Below, in pieces: positions 60,823-64,000 of a DNA stretch of 64,000 bases. The stretch is taken from positions 2,908 through 66,907 of the forward strand of contig JBILVS010000002.1 in assembly GCA_044370335.1 (NCBI GenBank). Direction: 5' to 3'. How positions within the stretch are numbered: position 1 is the first letter of the stretch; the number at the start of each line of letters is the position of its first letter. The notes beneath the pieces are model-generated. The model ran no database searches, had not been told where the DNA came from, and worked only from the letters and a program-made list of their open reading frames with translations. The translations under genes were made by a program, and so were the position numbers. This stretch comes from Caulobacterales bacterium (GTDB taxonomy: Bacteria; Pseudomonadota; Alphaproteobacteria; Caulobacterales; Aquidulcibacteraceae).

Positions 60823-62127
60823 TCAGCGCTGATCGAGGGCCGTGTAGTCGCGGCGGCCCGAGCCGGTGTAGATCTGCCGCGGGCGGCCGATCTTCTGGGA
60901 GGCGTCTTCCATCATCTCGGTCCATTGCGCGATCCAGCCCACAGTGCGGGCCACCGCGAACAGCACAGTGAACATCGAGGTCGGGAACCCCATCGCTTTC
61001 AGCGTGATGCCTGAATAGAAGTCGATGTTCGGGTAGAGCTTCCGCTTCACGAAGTACTCGTCGTTGAGAGCGATGCGCTCCAGTTCGACAGCCACCTGCA
61101 GCTGCGGGTCGTTGTCGGCGCCCACTTCCTTCAAGACTGCATGGCAAAGCTTCTGCATCACCTTGGCACGCGGGTCGTAATTCTTATAGACGCGGTGGCC
61201 GAAGCCCATGAGCCGCACATCGGAATTCGGATCCTTCACGCGAGCGATAAAGTCCGGGATCTTATCCACGGCGCCGATGTCTTCAAGCATCTTCAGCGCC
61301 GCTTCGTTGGCGCCGCCATGGCTCGGCCCCCACAGGCACGCAATGCCTGAGGCAATGCAGGCGAACGGGTTGGCGCCCGAAGAGCCCGCCAGCCGCACCG
61401 TGGAGGTCGAGGCGTTTTGCTCGTGATCGGCGTGGAGCGTGAAGAATACGTCCATGGCCCGGGCCATGACCGGGTTCACCACATACTCTTCCGCCGGCAC
61501 TGCAAAGCACATGCGCAGGAAGTTAGACGCGTAATCCAGCGAGTTCAGCGGATACACGAAGGGCTGGCCGATCGTGTACTTGAACGCCATCGCCGCAATC
61601 GTCGGCAATTTTGCGATCAGGCGGTGGCTCGCCACCATCCGGTGGTGCGGATCGTTGATGTCGGTGCTGTCGTGATAGAACGCCGACAGCGCGCCGACGA
61701 CGCCGACCATAACCGCCATCGGGTGCGCATCGCGTCGGAAGCCCTGATAGAATCGCGACAGCTGTTCATGCACCATGGTGTGGCGCGTGATGTTGCGGTC
61801 GAATTCGGCGAGTTGTGATTGGCTCGGCAGCTCGCCATGCAGCAGCAGATAGCAGACCTCAATGAACGAGGACTGCTCAGCGAGCTGATCGATCGGATAG
61901 CCGCGATAGAGCAGAACGCCTTCGTCGCCGTCGATGAACGTGATCTGGCTCTCGCAGCTCGCCGTCGAGGTGAAGCCCGGATCATAGGTGAGCAGGCCAG
62001 ACTGGGCGTAAAGCTTGCGGATATCAAGAACATCCGGCCCCACCGATCCGCCGAACACCGGCACGTCGTAAGACTTGTCTTCCAAAGTGAGGGTCGCTGA
62101 CCCTTTGGGCGTGATTTTGGTGTCCAT
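60823..62127 (-). CDS. gltA: Citrate synthase (type II)
   Basis: [39 protein letters not shown]. Start at ATG 62127 (MDTKITPKG). Confidence 0.95.
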   Translation of the reverse strand: MDTKITPKGSATLTLEDKSYDVPVFGGSVGPDVLDIRKLYAQSGLLTYDPGFTSTASCESQITFIDGDEGVLLYRGYPIDQLAEQSSFIEVCYLLLHGELPSQSQLAEFDRNITRHTMVHEQLSRFYQGFRRDAHPMAVMVGVVGALSAFYHDSTDINDPHHRMVASHRLIAKLPTIAAMAFKYTIGQPFVYPLNSLDYASNFLRMCFAVPAEEYVVNPVMARAMDVFFTLHADHEQNASTSTVRLAGSSGANPFACIASGIACLWGPSHGGANEAALKMLEDIGAVDKIPDFIARVKDPNSDVRLMGFGHRVYKNYDPRAKVMQKLCHAVLKEVGADNDPQLQVAVELERIALNDEYFVKRKLYPNIDFYSGITLKAMGFPTSMFTVLFAVARTVGWIAQWTEMMEDASQKIGRPRQIYTGSGRRDYTALDQR

Positions 62128-62183
62128 GCCTCGCCTTTCCCTCGTCCATCCATCAAAGGCCCGGGCCATGCCCGCGCCGCTCC

Positions 62184-63698
62184 TCAGTCCAGCGCTTCAT
62201 CCAGCCGGGCCAGGGTTTCTTCACGCCCCAGGGCGACCAGAATTTGCGCCAAATCCAATGCCGCCGCCCCGCCCGTCAGGGCTGTTCGCAGCGGAGGGCC
62301 AATCTTGCCAAAACCCACGCCTTGCGCGGCGGCGAAACCTTTCAACAATTCAGCGAGCGGCGCTTCGCTCCAATCGGGGGCGGCAGCCAAGACAGGACGC
62401 AACGCCAATAGCCGCGCGCTCGCCTCGCCTTTCACCAAATCGCGCGCCTTATCGTCAAGGCCGATTGGACGATCTTGCGCCAAAAACCCTGCCAAATCGC
62501 GAACTTCGAGGATCGTTTTGCCGCGCTGACGCAGCGCGGGAAGGGCTCTGTGGAAGCGCTCTGCAAAAGCCAGGGATGGCGGCGATTCCATCGTCGCCAT
62601 CGCCAGCGCCTCTAACCGCTCAAGATCGGCTTCGCGGATGAAGTGCGCATTGACGGAATTGAGCTTCTCAAAATCAAGCCGCGACGGAGCCTTCCCCAAC
62701 TGGTTCAGCCGGAACATAGGCGCAGCTTCTCCTAATGTTAGGATGTCGTCATGCCCTGGGCTCCACCCCAGGCGCATCAGATAGGCGTTCAAAGCCTCGG
62801 GCAGGTAACCCATGTCCCGATAGGCCTGCACGGCCAGCGCGCCGTGCCGTTTGGAAAGTTTGGCGCCGTCCTGGCCGTGAATCATCGGTACGTGCGCATA
62901 GACCGGGCGCGGCCACCCCATGGCGTCGATGATCGGCGCTTGGCGGGCGGCGTTGGTCAAGTGGTCATCACCACGGATCACGTGGGTCACGCCCATGTCG
63001 GCGTCGTCTACGACCACCGCAAGCATGTAGGTGGGCGTGCCGTCGCTCCGCACAAGCACAAGATCGTCGATGTCTTGCGCGGCGGTGCGAACCTGACCCT
63101 GCACCTGGTCGTCGATGACGATGTCGCCATCGTCCGGGGCCCGCAGCCGCACCACGAAGGGCGCGTCCGGCGACGGAGGCTTGCCGCCATCGCGATAGGG
63201 CGAGCGGAAGCCGCGGCTCTGCTTGATCTCCCCCGCAAGCCGGACTTCTTCCGCTTCGGCGTCAGCGCGAGCCATCGCACCGATGGCGGGATCGAGGTCC
63301 TGAGAAGCCGAGCCCTTCTGCAAACGCGTGCGCAGCGCCCGCAAACGCGTGATCTTGGCGTCTTGCGCCGCCCGCTGCGCCTCCAGCTCCTGCGGCGACA
63401 CATAACAGCGGAACGCTTTGCCCTTCGCGATCAGGTCTTCCGCCGCGGCGCGGTGGCGGTCAGCCCGGGCGAACTGGAACAGCGGCGGCTCGTCGGCCTC
63501 TAAGCCAAGCCAGGCCATGCCGTCGAGGATCGCGTCGATCGCCGCTTCTGTGGACCGTTGGCGGTCGGTGTCCTCAATACGCAGAAGAAAGCGGCCTCCG
63601 GACCCGCGCGCAAATAGCCAATTGAACAAAGCGGTCCGGGCCCCTCCGATATGGAGAAAGCCGGTGGGGGAGGGGGCGAAGCGGGTGACGGTTCTCAT
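62184..63698 (-). CDS. gltX: Glutamate--tRNA ligase
   Basis: [21 protein letters not shown] (HIGH motif), KLSKRHG (KMSKS motif). 504 aa with an extended acceptor-binding insertion. Confidence 0.9.
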   Translation of the reverse strand: MRTVTRFAPSPTGFLHIGGARTALFNWLFARGSGGRFLLRIEDTDRQRSTEAAIDAILDGMAWLGLEADEPPLFQFARADRHRAAAEDLIAKGKAFRCYVSPQELEAQRAAQDAKITRLRALRTRLQKGSASQDLDPAIGAMARADAEAEEVRLAGEIKQSRGFRSPYRDGGKPPSPDAPFVVRLRAPDDGDIVIDDQVQGQVRTAAQDIDDLVLVRSDGTPTYMLAVVVDDADMGVTHVIRGDDHLTNAARQAPIIDAMGWPRPVYAHVPMIHGQDGAKLSKRHGALAVQAYRDMGYLPEALNAYLMRLGWSPGHDDILTLGEAAPMFRLNQLGKAPSRLDFEKLNSVNAHFIREADLERLEALAMATMESPPSLAFAERFHRALPALRQRGKTILEVRDLAGFLAQDRPIGLDDKARDLVKGEASARLLALRPVLAAAPDWSEAPLAELLKGFAAAQGVGFGKIGPPLRTALTGGAAALDLAQILVALGREETLARLDEALD

Positions 63699-63760
63699 AG
63701 GAGGAATCTGGAGAGAGATTTCAAAGGCTGAAGGAGTGTCACAAGTGAGGCCCGCTTAGC

Positions 63761-64000
63761 ATGCGGCAAAGCCCGCGTCGTCCCTTTGCGCAGACGTCTG
63801 AAGGCCTTGGGTGCGAGCGACCGCGGGTGATCCTGCGCGGGCCCCTGGCGTTGATGGCCGGGGCGGCGTGGTTTCTGCTGCGCGCCGAGGAGCCGTCCTG
63901 GCTCGCGTTGGGCCTTAGAGCGGCGGCTTGCGCTGGGGCAGCGGTCGCCTTCGCCTTATGGCCGACCCGGCGCTGGCGGCCCCCCTCCGCGCCGCGCGGG
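63761..64000 (+). CDS. 5' end of a membrane protein, possibly ComEC/Rec2 (runs off-window)
   Basis: Open frame from ATG 63761 to the window end with high GC3 and hydrophobic stretches. The ComEC call rests only on my recollection that comEC is divergent from gltX in many alphaproteobacteria. Confidence 0.3.
   Translation, partial: MRQSPRRPFAQTSEGLGCERPRVILRGPLALMAGAAWFLLRAEEPSWLALGLRAAACAGAAVAFALWPTRRWRPPSAPRG

Overview
High-GC (about 65-70%) chromosomal segment with the gene order of an alphaproteobacterium; almost all of it is conserved housekeeping DNA. Left to right:

- **1-4.8 kb:** part of a pectin/arabinan/hexuronate utilisation locus (TonB-dependent receptor tail, GH43 glycosidase, pectate-lyase-like beta-helix protein, kdgD).
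- **4.8-7 kb:** a minus-strand trio of outer-membrane beta-barrel protein, TetR regulator and secreted EF-hand lipoprotein.
- **7-15.5 kb:** a ThDP enzyme, an M3 peptidyl-dipeptidase, an acyl-CoA metabolism group, divergent tRNA-Val(TAC) and tRNA-Asp(GTC), and one orphan ORF.
- **15.6-34.6 kb:** a complete nuoA-N (complex I) operon.
- **34.6-60.8 kb:** birA-coaX-rnj-mce-DUF1467-proS-lolCE-lolD-dnaE, then rpsB-tsf-pyrH-frr-uppS-cdsA-dxr-rseP-bamA-skp-lpxD-fabZ-lpxA-lpxI-lpxB.
- **60.8-64 kb:** gltA-gltX on the minus strand and a probable comEC 5' end.

I found no CRISPR array, rRNA, transposase, integrase or recognisable defence system.

The unusual part is the nuo operon. About 4.3 kb of unrelated ORFs sit at the nuoD/E, nuoE/F and nuoF/G junctions, including the only antisense gene in a 45-kb co-directional block. 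Four of these inserted ORFs carry reading-frame lesions: a (GGGC)3-associated frameshift, a C7 homopolymer frameshift, an in-frame TAG and an in-frame TGA. Every core gene in the window is intact.

A second point of interest is a perfect alphaproteobacterial LexA-type box (GAAC-N7-GAAC) inside a 9-bp inverted repeat just upstream of the replicative dnaE.

All product calls come from reading the translated ORFs and recalling family motifs. No database search was run.
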